A stretch of DNA of 64,000 nucleotides from contig JAADHC010000006.1 of NCBI GenBank assembly GCA_013152085.1, positions 2,372 to 66,371 on the forward strand. Direction: 5' to 3'. The notes below the pieces were generated by a model that was not told the origin of the DNA, ran no database searches, and was given only the letters and a program-made list of their open reading frames with translations. Shown here one piece after another: positions 37,729 through 48,016 of the stretch. Position 1 is the stretch's first letter. Each line of letters starts with the position of its first letter. The DNA comes from Chlorobiota bacterium (lineage in GTDB: Bacteria; Bacteroidota; Bacteroidia; Bacteroidales; VadinHA17). Made by a program: the position numbers and the translations under genes.

Positions 37729-40700
37729 ATGAAACCGAATGCATTATTTGAGGTTAGCTGGGAAGTATGCAACAAAGTGGGGGGAATATATACGGTTTTG
37801 TCTACAAAAGTTCCGTCAATGGTCAGCCGGTTTGGTGAACGGTTTTTTCTTATCGGACCGGATGTTGTAAAAGATAATGGGGATCATCATGAGTTTATTC
37901 AGGATGATCAGCTCTACCGGTTATGGAAAGAACAGGCGATCAGTGAAGGGTTGGAGGTCAGGGTTGGCAGGTGGAACATCAAAGGAAAGCCGGTAGTGAT
38001 CCTTATCGATTTTTACCATTTTATTAATCAGAAAGATGAGATCTTTAAGAGGTTCTGGGAACTTTATCAGCTGGATTCCCTTTCGGGCCAGTGGGATTAT
38101 ATTGAACCTGCACTGTTCGGATATGCTGCCGGCCGGGTGATTGAAAGTTTTGCCAATTTTAACCTGGGAACCCGGGACCGGATTATGGCACAGTTTCATG
38201 AATGGATGACCGGAGCCGGGGTGCTTTATCTACGGGATTCAGCTCCACATATCGCAACAGCATTTACCACGCATGCTACGGCATTGGGACGGGCTATTGC
38301 CGGGAATAACCGTCCCCTGTACAGGGAGATGGAACAATATAATCCGCTGCAGGTAGCCCGTGAGTTTAACATTATTGCCAAACTGTCTCTCGAATCCAAA
38401 GCAGCCCGGCAGGCAGATGTGTTTACCACCGTGAGTGATATAACGGCCAGGGAATGTGCCCACTTTCTTGAAAAAGAGGTGGACGTGGTAACTCCAAATG
38501 GGTTCGATGATTCTTTTCTCCCTGTAGCAGATGCGTTTGACGGGAAAAGACAAAAGGCCCGGGAAGTTATGCTAAAAGTTGCCGGGGCTCTTTACAATAA
38601 GGAATATCCCGGTGATACTTTTTTAATGGGTATCAGCGGAAGATATGAATTTCATAATAAGGGGATCGATTTATTTATAAAAACCCTGAAAGTCTTCCGT
38701 GATAAGGAAATTTCGCGTCAGGTCATTGCTTTTATTCTGATCCCTGCCGACCATTCGGGGCCACGGCCGGAACTGCTTAAAAGTCTTGAAACCAATGAAC
38801 ATATTGATTCAGATAACCATTTCATAACGCATGGATTGCACTATTTTGAACACGATGCCATGGTCAGGATGATTAAGGATCTTGGTCTGGACCAACCCCG
38901 GGATGGCAATCCCGGTATTGTGCTGGTTCCGTGTTATCTGAATGGCGATGACGGGATTTTTAATCTTGCTTATTATGATTTGCTTATCGGCCTCGACCTG
39001 ACTGTTTTTCCTTCTTATTATGAACCGTGGGGTTATACGCCGCTGGAAAGCCTGGCATTTCATGTTCCGACAATGACAACTACTCTTGCAGGTTTCGGAC
39101 TATGGGTGAAAGAACATTTTGAAATCAGGCATAAAGGGATCGTTGTTCTTGAACGCACTGATGATAATGACGCGGAAATGATTCAGCAAATATTAGTTGA
39201 GATCATCCATTTTCTGGAAATGAGTTCCGAAGATATTTTTAAGGCCAGGGAGGAAGCTTTTGCTATTGCGCAGACAGCCAAATGGGAAAAACTCGCACAA
39301 TACTATATGGATGCCTATAACCTGGCATTACCAAAAGTGAGTGACCGTTTCGGGAGCATGCGTTTAACACAGACCGGACCTACTCCTTTTGTTCCGGTAA
39401 AAAAGAGAATAAATAATCCGCAATGGAAGTCTCTCTTTGTGGAATCCCGCCTGCCGGAAAGGCTTCTTCCGCTCGAAGAGCTTGCCTTGAATATCTGGTG
39501 GTCATGGAATGAAGAGGCTGAACAACTCTGGAAATCCATAGACCCGGAATTGTGGGCAGCATCCGGGTATAATCCTGTTTTGTTATTAAAGAGAACTGAT
39601 TATACCAAACTTCTGAAACTCACCCAGAAGAAAGAATTTCTGGATAAAATGGACCGGGTGCTGGAGACCTTCCACGCTTATCTTTCTGAGGTTCCAAAGC
39701 AGCATGAGCCTCTGGTTGCCTATTTTAGTATGGAGTTTGGACTTCTGGAAACACTGAAGATTTATTCCGGGGGCTTGGGGATACTGGCCGGCGATTACCT
39801 GAAGGAAGCGTCGGATGAAAACAGGAAGATGGTTGGCATTGGTTTATTATACCGGTATGGGTATTTTAAACAATTACTAAGTGTAAACGGAGATCAGCAG
39901 GAAGTATATGAGGCGGAGCAGTTTTCCGACCTGCCTGCAAGGCTTGTAAAGGATGATGAAGGGAATCTGCTACGTGTAAAAGTGGCTTTTCCGGGGCGTG
40001 ATGTGATCCTGCGAATATGGGAGGTCAGGGTCGGAAAGATTTCCTTGTATCTGATGGATACGGACCATGAGGAAAATCAGGAGCGCGATCGCCGGATCAC
40101 TTATCATCTGTATGGCGGGGACAGTGAAAATCGCCTGAAACAGGAACTTGTTCTGGGAATAGGTGGTGTGCGTGCATTACAGGCACTGAATATTGTTCCT
40201 GACATTTTTCACAGTAACGAAGGCCACTCGGCTTTTATTGGTATTGAGCGCATCAACAAATTGATTCAGGAAGATCATCTTTCGTTCGCGGAAGCCCGCG
40301 AAGTGGTCAGGGGAACGTCGCTTTTTACCACGCATACCCCTGTGCCTGCAGGTCATGATGTGTTTGACGAACCGCTTCTCAGAACGTATATTGCCCATTA
40401 TCCCGAAAGGTTAAAAATTGCCTGGGATGAGTTGATGAACCTCGGGCGTAAGGCTACGGGGGATAATCCTGCGAAGTTCAATATGAGTTTTCTGGCTGCC
40501 AATCTTTCCGGTGGTTTAAACGGGGTGAGTAAATTGCACGGTGATGTAAGCAAGGTGATATTTAAAGATCTCTGGCCGGCATTTTTGAAGGAAGAATTAC
40601 ATATCGGCTATGTTACCAATGGGGTACATTACAGTACCTGGGCATCTGCATATTGGAAAGACTATCTGAAGCAAACCTTTGGTACCGGTAAAAAAGCGGT

Positions 40701-41952
40701 AACTCCCTGTATGGAAACGTGGAAACGTGTGAAAGATATCCCGGATAAGGATTTGTGGAACATTCGCCACAGTGCAAAAAAAGCACTGTTCGAACATATC
40801 CGTGAGCGGTATGCCAAAAACGGTATACGCCGTTTTGAATCACCGAAAAAAATGATGGAGATCAGCCAGAATCTCAGAGAAGATATTCTTACGATTGGAT
40901 TTGCACGCCGGTTTGCTACGTATAAACGTGGCGGACTGATTTTCAGGGATGTTGAGCGCCTGAAGAAGATTGTTACAAATGTAAAAAGGCCGGTGCAGTT
41001 TATTTTTGCCGGTAAAGCACATCCAAATGACGGTGGAGGAAAACAGCTGATCAGGACTATTTATGCATTTTCACGCGATCCGGAATTTCAGGGACGGATA
41101 CTTTTTCTCGAAAATTATGATATAGAACTTGCCAAGAAAATGGTACAGGGTGTGGATATCTGGCTGAATACACCCACGCGTCCGCTGGAAGCCTCAGGAA
41201 CCAGCGGTGAAAAAGCCGTAATGAACGGCACACTTCATTTCAGTATTCTTGACGGATGGTGGGTTGAAGGATACAAACCGGGCACAGGCTGGGCATTGCC
41301 CCTTGAAAAAACCTATAAGAATCAGGATTACCAGGATGAACTGGATGCAGAAATGATTTACAATCTGCTCGAGTCTGAGATCATTCCGCTTTTTTACAAG
41401 AGGAATAAAGAAGGAATCCCTGTTGAATGGTTGAAGTTTATTCGGAAGAACCTTATGGATGTGGCTCCCGGATTTACCATGCAACGCATGATGCATGATT
41501 ATTATGAAAAATATTATACTCCCTTGTTTGATCGGGGGAAAAAGCTGAAAAAGAATCATTTCAGGGATGCCCGCATGCTGGCATTGTGGAAATACAAAAT
41601 GTTTACCATGATTGATGACATCGAGGTTATCAGTGTTGATTTTGAAACCGGCAGTAAACAGAATTACCTGATCGGGGAGAAATATACCGGGCATGTTGTT
41701 CTGGACCTGAAAGAATTATTACCGGAATGGTTAACACTTGAACTGGTGGTAACCGACAAGAACAGTGAGGGAGAAACAGTCCTCGTACATAAACAGGCAT
41801 TTGAGATTGAGAAGACTGAAGGTAACAGGGTATCGTACAAAATCATGATCACCCCGACCATCCCCGGTTATTTTTATTATAGTCTGAGATTAGTGCCTAC
41901 ACATCCGTTGTTACCCGGACGAAAGGATATCAATCTTTCCAGGTGGCTCTGA
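37729..41952 (+). CDS. Fusion protein: GT3 (eukaryote-type) glycogen synthase + GT35 alpha-glucan phosphorylase
   Basis: 1407 aa. The N-terminal LFEVSWEVCNKVGGIYTVLSTK is the GT3 glycogen-synthase signature. From about aa 590 come YFSMEFGL, YSGGLGILAGDYLKEASD and EASGTSGEKAVMNG, the last being the PLP-Lys motif of alpha-glucan phosphorylases. Confidence 0.9.
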   Translation: MKPNALFEVSWEVCNKVGGIYTVLSTKVPSMVSRFGERFFLIGPDVVKDNGDHHEFIQDDQLYRLWKEQAISEGLEVRVGRWNIKGKPVVILIDFYHFINQKDEIFKRFWELYQLDSLSGQWDYIEPALFGYAAGRVIESFANFNLGTRDRIMAQFHEWMTGAGVLYLRDSAPHIATAFTTHATALGRAIAGNNRPLYREMEQYNPLQVAREFNIIAKLSLESKAARQADVFTTVSDITARECAHFLEKEVDVVTPNGFDDSFLPVADAFDGKRQKAREVMLKVAGALYNKEYPGDTFLMGISGRYEFHNKGIDLFIKTLKVFRDKEISRQVIAFILIPADHSGPRPELLKSLETNEHIDSDNHFITHGLHYFEHDAMVRMIKDLGLDQPRDGNPGIVLVPCYLNGDDGIFNLAYYDLLIGLDLTVFPSYYEPWGYTPLESLAFHVPTMTTTLAGFGLWVKEHFEIRHKGIVVLERTDDNDAEMIQQILVEIIHFLEMSSEDIFKAREEAFAIAQTAKWEKLAQYYMDAYNLALPKVSDRFGSMRLTQTGPTPFVPVKKRINNPQWKSLFVESRLPERLLPLEELALNIWWSWNEEAEQLWKSIDPELWAASGYNPVLLLKRTDYTKLLKLTQKKEFLDKMDRVLETFHAYLSEVPKQHEPLVAYFSMEFGLLETLKIYSGGLGILAGDYLKEASDENRKMVGIGLLYRYGYFKQLLSVNGDQQEVYEAEQFSDLPARLVKDDEGNLLRVKVAFPGRDVILRIWEVRVGKISLYLMDTDHEENQERDRRITYHLYGGDSENRLKQELVLGIGGVRALQALNIVPDIFHSNEGHSAFIGIERINKLIQEDHLSFAEAREVVRGTSLFTTHTPVPAGHDVFDEPLLRTYIAHYPERLKIAWDELMNLGRKATGDNPAKFNMSFLAANLSGGLNGVSKLHGDVSKVIFKDLWPAFLKEELHIGYVTNGVHYSTWASAYWKDYLKQTFGTGKKAVTPCMETWKRVKDIPDKDLWNIRHSAKKALFEHIRERYAKNGIRRFESPKKMMEISQNLREDILTIGFARRFATYKRGGLIFRDVERLKKIVTNVKRPVQFIFAGKAHPNDGGGKQLIRTIYAFSRDPEFQGRILFLENYDIELAKKMVQGVDIWLNTPTRPLEASGTSGEKAVMNGTLHFSILDGWWVEGYKPGTGWALPLEKTYKNQDYQDELDAEMIYNLLESEIIPLFYKRNKEGIPVEWLKFIRKNLMDVAPGFTMQRMMHDYYEKYYTPLFDRGKKLKKNHFRDARMLALWKYKMFTMIDDIEVISVDFETGSKQNYLIGEKYTGHVVLDLKELLPEWLTLELVVTDKNSEGETVLVHKQAFEIEKTEGNRVSYKIMITPTIPGYFYYSLRLVPTHPLLPGRKDINLSRWL

Positions 41953-43950
41953 TTAGCATGTTGTAATCCTTTGCAATACCAGGCCGGTTCTGGACGGAAC
42001 ATATAATTTCAATACGGATGTACCATGAGTGTCTGTAACAGTCTGGTAGGTCAGTTCCGTGTCTATCCTGTCGAAACCACCATAAAGGGTGTTGTCGGTA
42101 TTCAATTTAATGATATATTTTCCTCCCGGTACAAATAAGCCGTAATCTGTATAAGAACGGACGGGGCTGAAGTTGAAGACAAAGAGCCAGTTTTTCCGCC
42201 TGAAAGCAAGTACCTGGTCTGTTTCGTGAGAAACAACCAATTCGGGGAACGGCGTCTTATAAACGGATGATTCTTTGAGCAGCGTGACCATGTCGCGGTC
42301 GAAAAGCAGCAGATCTCCATATCGTAAATCTGGATTGTCGGCAAGCGACCACTGTCTTCGGGCATATTTGAATGACCAGTTATTGCCTTCGCGTGGAAAG
42401 TCGATCCATTCGGGATGGCCGAATTCATTTCCCATAAAATTAAGGTATCCCCCGCCTGCCGTAGCAGCAGTTACCAGCCGGATCATTTTATGCAGAGCCA
42501 TACCACGGTCTATCACGAGATTCTCGTCACTACGCTGCATGTGGAAATACATTTCTTTGTCCATTAACCTGAAAGCGATGGTTTTGTCCCCGACCAGCGC
42601 CTGGTCATGTGATTCGGTATATCCGATCGTTTGTTCATCACTGCGGTGGTTGCTCAGCTCATAATAGATGGTCGAAACATTCCATTCCTCGTCCGCCTTC
42701 TCTTTAATGGTTTTGATCCAGAAATCGGGAGTACCCATGGCAAGACGGTAATCAAAACCATAACCGCCACCGGTAAAAGGAGTAGCCAGTCCGGGCATAC
42801 CGCTCATTTCTTCGGCAATGGAAAGGGCCGTTGGTTTAATCTGATGGATCAGTTCGTTGGCAAGTTTAAGGTAAACAATGGCATCTTCATCCTGGTTACC
42901 GTCATAGTAATCGTTATAAGATGTAAAATCCCTGGAGAGGCCGTGATCGAGGTAAAGCATTGAAGTGATTCCGTCGAATCTGAAACCGTCAAAATGGAAA
43001 GTGTCCAGCCAGTATTTGCAGTTAGAGAGGAGAAAATGAACTATTTCGGGTTTACTATAGTTGAAACAGTACGAATCCCATGCAGGATGTTCGCCCATGG
43101 GCCCGTCGTGAAAATACTGGTAACGTGTTCCATCAAAAAGTCCCAGGCCTTCATTTACATTTTTTACCGCATGGGAATGGACAATATCCATGATCACAGC
43201 GATGTCCATGGCATGGGCCTGGTCAATCAGCTCTTTCAAATCATCAGGGGTTCCGAAGCGCGATGAAACGGCAAAAAAGCTGGAAACATGATATCCGAAA
43301 GATCCGTAAAAAGGATGTTCCTGGATGGCCATTAACTGGAGCGTGTTGTAACCAAGCGTTTTTATTCTGGGTAATATATTTTCGCGAAATTCCCGGAAGG
43401 TTGATACTTTTTCCGCTTCACTGCTCATGCCAATATGGGCTTCATAAATCAGGGGGGCTTCATCCGGCCTGTTAAATTTCGGCACTTTCCACCGGTAAGC
43501 TTTTGCCGGTTGCCACACCTGAGCGCTAAACAATTTGGTCTTTTCATCCTGCACTACACGTGAGGCGTAAGCAGGGATTCGTTCTCCGGAACCACCGTCC
43601 CACTGTACCAAAAGTTTGTAGAGTTGGCCGTGTTTTACTTTTCCGGACGGCAGTATGGCTTCCCAAATACCGTTACCGGCAGGGGATAAACGGAATTGAT
43701 TATCCTGTTTCCATCCGGTCATATCTCCGACAATGCTGATACCCGTCGCATTGGGAGCCCATTCCCTGATGATCCATTTCCCTTTTTCAAAATGCAGTCC
43801 GAAAAAAAGATGACCGTTGGCAAAGTCTACAGGATCTTTACCTGCAAGGATCTGTTCCCTGCGATAAAGAAAATATTCTTTTCGCCGCAAAATGGCGTTT
43901 GTAAACGGTTCCAGCCAGGGATCATGAATAAGATAATCCGGTAATTTCAT
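41953..43950 (-). CDS. 1,4-alpha-glucan branching enzyme, GH13 (eukaryote-like subfamily)
   Basis: 665 aa. DIVHSHA, GFDGFRFDGITSM, AEEMSGMPG and ESHDQ conserved regions. Its stop abuts the stop of the fusion gene. Confidence 0.9.
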   Translation of the reverse strand: MKLPDYLIHDPWLEPFTNAILRRKEYFLYRREQILAGKDPVDFANGHLFFGLHFEKGKWIIREWAPNATGISIVGDMTGWKQDNQFRLSPAGNGIWEAILPSGKVKHGQLYKLLVQWDGGSGERIPAYASRVVQDEKTKLFSAQVWQPAKAYRWKVPKFNRPDEAPLIYEAHIGMSSEAEKVSTFREFRENILPRIKTLGYNTLQLMAIQEHPFYGSFGYHVSSFFAVSSRFGTPDDLKELIDQAHAMDIAVIMDIVHSHAVKNVNEGLGLFDGTRYQYFHDGPMGEHPAWDSYCFNYSKPEIVHFLLSNCKYWLDTFHFDGFRFDGITSMLYLDHGLSRDFTSYNDYYDGNQDEDAIVYLKLANELIHQIKPTALSIAEEMSGMPGLATPFTGGGYGFDYRLAMGTPDFWIKTIKEKADEEWNVSTIYYELSNHRSDEQTIGYTESHDQALVGDKTIAFRLMDKEMYFHMQRSDENLVIDRGMALHKMIRLVTAATAGGGYLNFMGNEFGHPEWIDFPREGNNWSFKYARRQWSLADNPDLRYGDLLLFDRDMVTLLKESSVYKTPFPELVVSHETDQVLAFRRKNWLFVFNFSPVRSYTDYGLFVPGGKYIIKLNTDNTLYGGFDRIDTELTYQTVTDTHGTSVLKLYVPSRTGLVLQRITTC

Positions 43951-44076
43951 TGTAATTCGTTTAACGATGAAGATACAAAAATATCCGCAAGTTGCGGATC
44001 AGATCCGTTGAAACACGGGCATTTTCGGCATAATAACCGGTTTTGATTCTTTTTTCGGTGTTTTCAGTGCTTTTCT

Positions 44077-44084
44077 TAATTTTG
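44077..44084 (+). promoter_or_regulatory. Candidate -7 box (TAATTTTG) upstream of ribF
   Basis: Perfect TAnnTTTG, 10 nt before the TTG at 44094 and 25 nt before the GTG at 44109. Confidence 0.35.
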
Positions 44085-44093
44085 TAGTTCTTT

Positions 44094-45056
44094 TTGAGCC
44101 AAAGGATCGTGATCACTGTTTATCATAGCATCGAAGAATTCTCGGAACCTGACCCGATGATCACCATGGGTGTTTTTGATGGCGTGCATACGGGACACCG
44201 GTTTATGCTTCAGGTATTGCAGGAAAAAGCAAAAGAAAACGGTTGGACCCCGCTGGTGATAACTTTTTGGCCTCATCCGAGAATTGTACTGAACGGGAGT
44301 TCAGAAAAGCTTAAATACCTTACCACGTTGCATGAGAAGTTGCAACTGATGGAAAAGCAGGGTATTGAGCATGTCCTGGTGTTGCCATTTGATGAGACCG
44401 TTCGCAATCTGACTGCCTGCGATTTTGTTATAAACCTGTTGGCCGGCCGTCTGAAAGCCAAAGGGCTGTTGATGGGCTTTAACCATCACTTCGGGAAAAA
44501 CCGCAAAGGGGATTATGAAACGATCCGGAAGTGTACCCGAAATCTGAATTTCCATGTCGAAAGACTCGAAGCGGTAAAAAAAGGAGAACACCAGGTTAGC
44601 TCCACAATGATACGTGATCTTCTATGGTCAGGCGAAATTGAACAGGCGGAAAAATTGCTTGGCTACAGGTATTTTATCACCGGGATGATTGTCAGCGGAA
44701 ACAAACTGGGACGCAATCTTGGATTTCCGACAGCGAACGTACAACCTTTTGATGAGCACAAACTTCTGCCCCGTGACGGGGTGTATGTCGCCAAAGCCAT
44801 AATTTCCGGAAGACCGTTTTACGGAATGCTGAATGTCGGTATCCGGCCCACATTGAAAGATACGTTAGTGAAAAAAACGGTTGAGATACACCTGTTTGAC
44901 TTTCATGGTGATATTTACGGGCAGGATGTCAGGGTCTCATTCCTTAAACGAATCAGGGATGAACTTACATTTGAAAATATTGATGTGTTAAGAAACCAGT
45001 TAAAAAAGGACCGGGCGATCTCTTTGCAATGGTTAAATGACCGGAATTTATACTAA
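44094..45056 (+). CDS. ribF: Bifunctional riboflavin kinase / FMN adenylyltransferase
   Basis: 320 aa. GVFDGVHTGH, the FAD-synthetase domain, then the kinase domain (GFPTAN, ...EIHLFDF). The start is non-ATG and uncertain (TTG at 44094 or GTG at 44109). Confidence 0.9.
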   Translation: MSQRIVITVYHSIEEFSEPDPMITMGVFDGVHTGHRFMLQVLQEKAKENGWTPLVITFWPHPRIVLNGSSEKLKYLTTLHEKLQLMEKQGIEHVLVLPFDETVRNLTACDFVINLLAGRLKAKGLLMGFNHHFGKNRKGDYETIRKCTRNLNFHVERLEAVKKGEHQVSSTMIRDLLWSGEIEQAEKLLGYRYFITGMIVSGNKLGRNLGFPTANVQPFDEHKLLPRDGVYVAKAIISGRPFYGMLNVGIRPTLKDTLVKKTVEIHLFDFHGDIYGQDVRVSFLKRIRDELTFENIDVLRNQLKKDRAISLQWLNDRNLY

Positions 45057-45092
45057 TTTTGTAATCCTTAATAAATTAATCAATCAATTATA

Positions 45093-46517
45093 ATGAATAC
45101 AACAGATACCATGGTAAGTACATTGCCTTATAAAGTTAAAGATATCGGGCTGGCGGATTTTGGCAGGAAAGAAATTGAACTGGCTGAAAAAGAGATGCCG
45201 GGGCTTATGTCGATTCGCAGGAAGTATGCCGCTGAAAAACCGCTCAAAGGTGCCAGAATAACCGGTTCGTTGCATATGACTATCCAGACGGCTGTGCTCA
45301 TTGAAACGCTGACCGAACTTGGTGCAGAGGTCCGGTGGGCCAGTTGTAACATTTTTTCGACTCAGGACCATGCAGCGGCAGCCATTGCCGCCGAAGGGAT
45401 TCCGGTTTTTGCATGGAAAGGTGAAACCCTTGAAGAATACTGGTGGAGTACATCGCAGGCGCTTTCGTTTCCCGGAGGTAAAGGCCCTAACCTGGTGGTG
45501 GATGACGGTGGTGATGCAACCTTGCTGATCCATAAAGGATATATGATTGAAGAAAATCCGGAATTATTGAATAAAAAAACCGCCAGTCAGGAAGAGGCGG
45601 TTGTTCTGGAAACTCTTAAAAAAATATACGGGGAGGATCCCACAAAATGGCATCGCCTGGTGGCAGCATTGAAAGGCGTTTCGGAAGAGACCACCACGGG
45701 AGTGCATCGCCTTTATCAAATGAAGGAACGGGACGAACTGCTTGTCCCGGCCATCAATGTCAATGATTCGGTAACCAAGTCGAAGTTTGACAATCTGTAT
45801 GGTTGCCGTGAATCTCTGGCTGATGGCATTAAACGTGCTACCGATATCATGCTGGCCGGGAAAGTGGTGGTGGTTTGTGGCTATGGAGACGTCGGAAAAG
45901 GATCGGCCAAATCAATGAGATCATACGGTGCCCGGGTGATTGTTACCGAAATTGATCCTATCTGTGCTTTACAGGCGGCCATGGAAGGGTTTGAAGTAAA
46001 AACCGTAGAGGAAGCTCTGGATATTGGAAATATCTTTGTAACGGCTACCGGTAACAGGGACATTATTACCATAGATCATATGACCCGTATGAAAGATCAG
46101 GCTATCGTTTGCAATATCGGACATTTTGATAATGAGATCCAGGTTGAACAACTGGAAAATTATCCCGGTATCCGGAAAATAAATATCAAACCACAGGTAG
46201 ATCAGTATGTCTTCCCCGACGGACATTCCATTTTATTACTTGCCGAGGGACGTTTGGTAAACCTGGGTTGTGCCACCGGCCATCCCTCGTTTGTAATGAG
46301 TAATTCGTTCTCGAACCAAACCCTTGCACAGATTGAGTTGTGGCAAAATGATATGAAAATTGATGTTTACCGGCTTCCCAAGCACCTGGATGAAGAAGTG
46401 GCACGGCTACACCTGGAGCAGTTGGGCGTTCATCTGACCACCCTGACCAAAGCGCAGTCGGATTATATTGGCGTACCGCAGAAAGGACCTTTCAAACCGG
46501 ATCATTACCGGTATTAA
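45093..46517 (+). CDS. ahcY: Adenosylhomocysteinase
   Basis: 474 aa. [27 protein letters not shown], the [11 protein letters not shown] site and a C-terminal FKPDHYRY. Confidence 0.95.
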   Translation: MNTTDTMVSTLPYKVKDIGLADFGRKEIELAEKEMPGLMSIRRKYAAEKPLKGARITGSLHMTIQTAVLIETLTELGAEVRWASCNIFSTQDHAAAAIAAEGIPVFAWKGETLEEYWWSTSQALSFPGGKGPNLVVDDGGDATLLIHKGYMIEENPELLNKKTASQEEAVVLETLKKIYGEDPTKWHRLVAALKGVSEETTTGVHRLYQMKERDELLVPAINVNDSVTKSKFDNLYGCRESLADGIKRATDIMLAGKVVVVCGYGDVGKGSAKSMRSYGARVIVTEIDPICALQAAMEGFEVKTVEEALDIGNIFVTATGNRDIITIDHMTRMKDQAIVCNIGHFDNEIQVEQLENYPGIRKINIKPQVDQYVFPDGHSILLLAEGRLVNLGCATGHPSFVMSNSFSNQTLAQIELWQNDMKIDVYRLPKHLDEEVARLHLEQLGVHLTTLTKAQSDYIGVPQKGPFKPDHYRY

Positions 46518-46535
46518 CCCTGTTCCCAATCACTT

Positions 46536-47039
46536 TTACCGGTGATAAACATGAAGGGATGTCCCTGACAAACCAGTCTTGTACATCTTTAACGGATAAG
46601 TGCCGGGGCCTTTATCGGTGGGATAGCCATAGGAGGGAAGTACATATTCCGTATGACATTTGGGACATTCGGCGGTTACATCACCGGCATTATCTATGGC
46701 GACGGCCTGATTCAGTTCTTCTTCGAACGGACAGGTGCGGTCAAAAGCATAAAATTCATCTTCGGAAGCGCGGTAAATCAGAATACCGTGGTTATCATAG
46801 CCAAGACTGATAATACCCAGCGTTTGGGCCGAAATCATGATGGTATTGCCTACAACGTTCAGATCAATGTATTGCGGATTGTTCAGATCAATGGTAAAAT
46901 CAATAAAAGTATCGGGAATAACATCACTGTTGTTCTTTTTACAGCCTGGAAAAATTGCCGGGAATAATACCAAAAAAATGATTATTTTTGATAAAATTCG
47001 TATTTTATATCCGGACATAAGTTTTATCTGATTCGTCAT
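46536..47039 (-). CDS. Lipoprotein of unknown function (Cys-containing C-terminal half)
   Basis: 167 aa with lipobox FPGC. An alternative start MSGYK lies at 47018. Contains DRTCP...ECPKCH motifs, a possible small metal-binding fold. Confidence 0.55.
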   Translation of the reverse strand: MTNQIKLMSGYKIRILSKIIIFLVLFPAIFPGCKKNNSDVIPDTFIDFTIDLNNPQYIDLNVVGNTIMISAQTLGIISLGYDNHGILIYRASEDEFYAFDRTCPFEEELNQAVAIDNAGDVTAECPKCHTEYVLPSYGYPTDKGPGTYPLKMYKTGLSGTSLHVYHR

Positions 47040-47376
47040 GACAAAACTAACGAAAAAAATTCTCGGTCGATTGAGTTTGTTGCTTTTCCTTATTACAGTA
47101 CCCTTATGGATTGAAGCTCAGAAACCGTCGCGTAAAGTTTCCAAAGCCCAGAAAAAAGCAGAAAAGGTTGATGATCAGCAGAAAAAGGCATATCAGGCAG
47201 CCCGGAAGAAAGAGGTGAAAAGACGCTTTAACATGCAGACACCCGAAGTGAAAGCACGTATGAAGCAGACACGTAAAGAGGCAAACGGTTATAACAAAGT
47301 CAAAAAGGATCCCTTTTTTGACAGGTTCTTTCAAAAGAAAAAACATAAAAAACGGAAAAAAGGAAAAAAACGTTAA
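47038..47376 (+). CDS. Secreted, extremely basic (Lys/Arg-rich) small protein
   Basis: 112 aa. Signal peptide, then Lys/Arg-rich low-complexity sequence ending KKKHKKRKKGKKR. Confidence 0.5.
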   Translation: MTKLTKKILGRLSLLLFLITVPLWIEAQKPSRKVSKAQKKAEKVDDQQKKAYQAARKKEVKRRFNMQTPEVKARMKQTRKEANGYNKVKKDPFFDRFFQKKKHKKRKKGKKR

Positions 47377-47379
47377 ATC

Positions 47380-47895
47380 ATGGATAATTTTATAAGCACA
47401 CTCCTGTATATTATACTACTCATTGCTATCGTATTGGTAGGCGGGATATCGAAGCGGAAGAAAAAACCGGTACCCATGAGTGGAGGAGGGACACAAAAAC
47501 CAACGTCATCCGGCTCTCCGGTACTTGATGCCATTCTTAAGGGCACGGGACTTACCGATGTTCTGATGGAAAAGGATCCCGACTTTCCGGATCAGGAAAA
47601 CAGGTTCGATGAACCTGAATCCGAACCGGTTATTGATGAAAAGGATGAGGAGGATGAACAGCCGTGGCTCACCGGTGAAGAGGGTGTTCCTGTTTTTAAT
47701 CAGCAGCGTGAACAAGCCGTGTCAGAAATCACTTTGGATGAAAGCCTTACGCAAAACATTTATGCTCATGATCATGAGAAAGCATGGCTTGAAAGCGTTT
47801 CCCGACCCCCTGGCTATCTAAATGAATTGTTAAAGGACTTTGATGCCCGTAAAGCCATTATCTATGCTGAGATCATGAATACGAAATATTTTTAG
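47380..47895 (+). CDS. Single-pass membrane protein with acidic cytoplasmic/extracytoplasmic region
   Basis: 171 aa. N-terminal TM, then an Asp/Glu-rich segment. Starts 4 nt after the preceding gene. Confidence 0.5.
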   Translation: MDNFISTLLYIILLIAIVLVGGISKRKKKPVPMSGGGTQKPTSSGSPVLDAILKGTGLTDVLMEKDPDFPDQENRFDEPESEPVIDEKDEEDEQPWLTGEEGVPVFNQQREQAVSEITLDESLTQNIYAHDHEKAWLESVSRPPGYLNELLKDFDARKAIIYAEIMNTKYF

Positions 47896-48016
47896 ATTTG
47901 TAAAAAAAAACGTAACTTTACACACTCAAAAAACATCGGAAGCGTATAAAATCTAAAGAGTTCCACCATTTCGGGATTCTTTTTATTTTTCATTAAAAAG
48001 CGTACATAAAGAAATT

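Noticed and set aside
45057-45092. SAH riboswitch upstream of ahcY.
   Set aside because: The intergenic space is only 36 nt, too short for the element.
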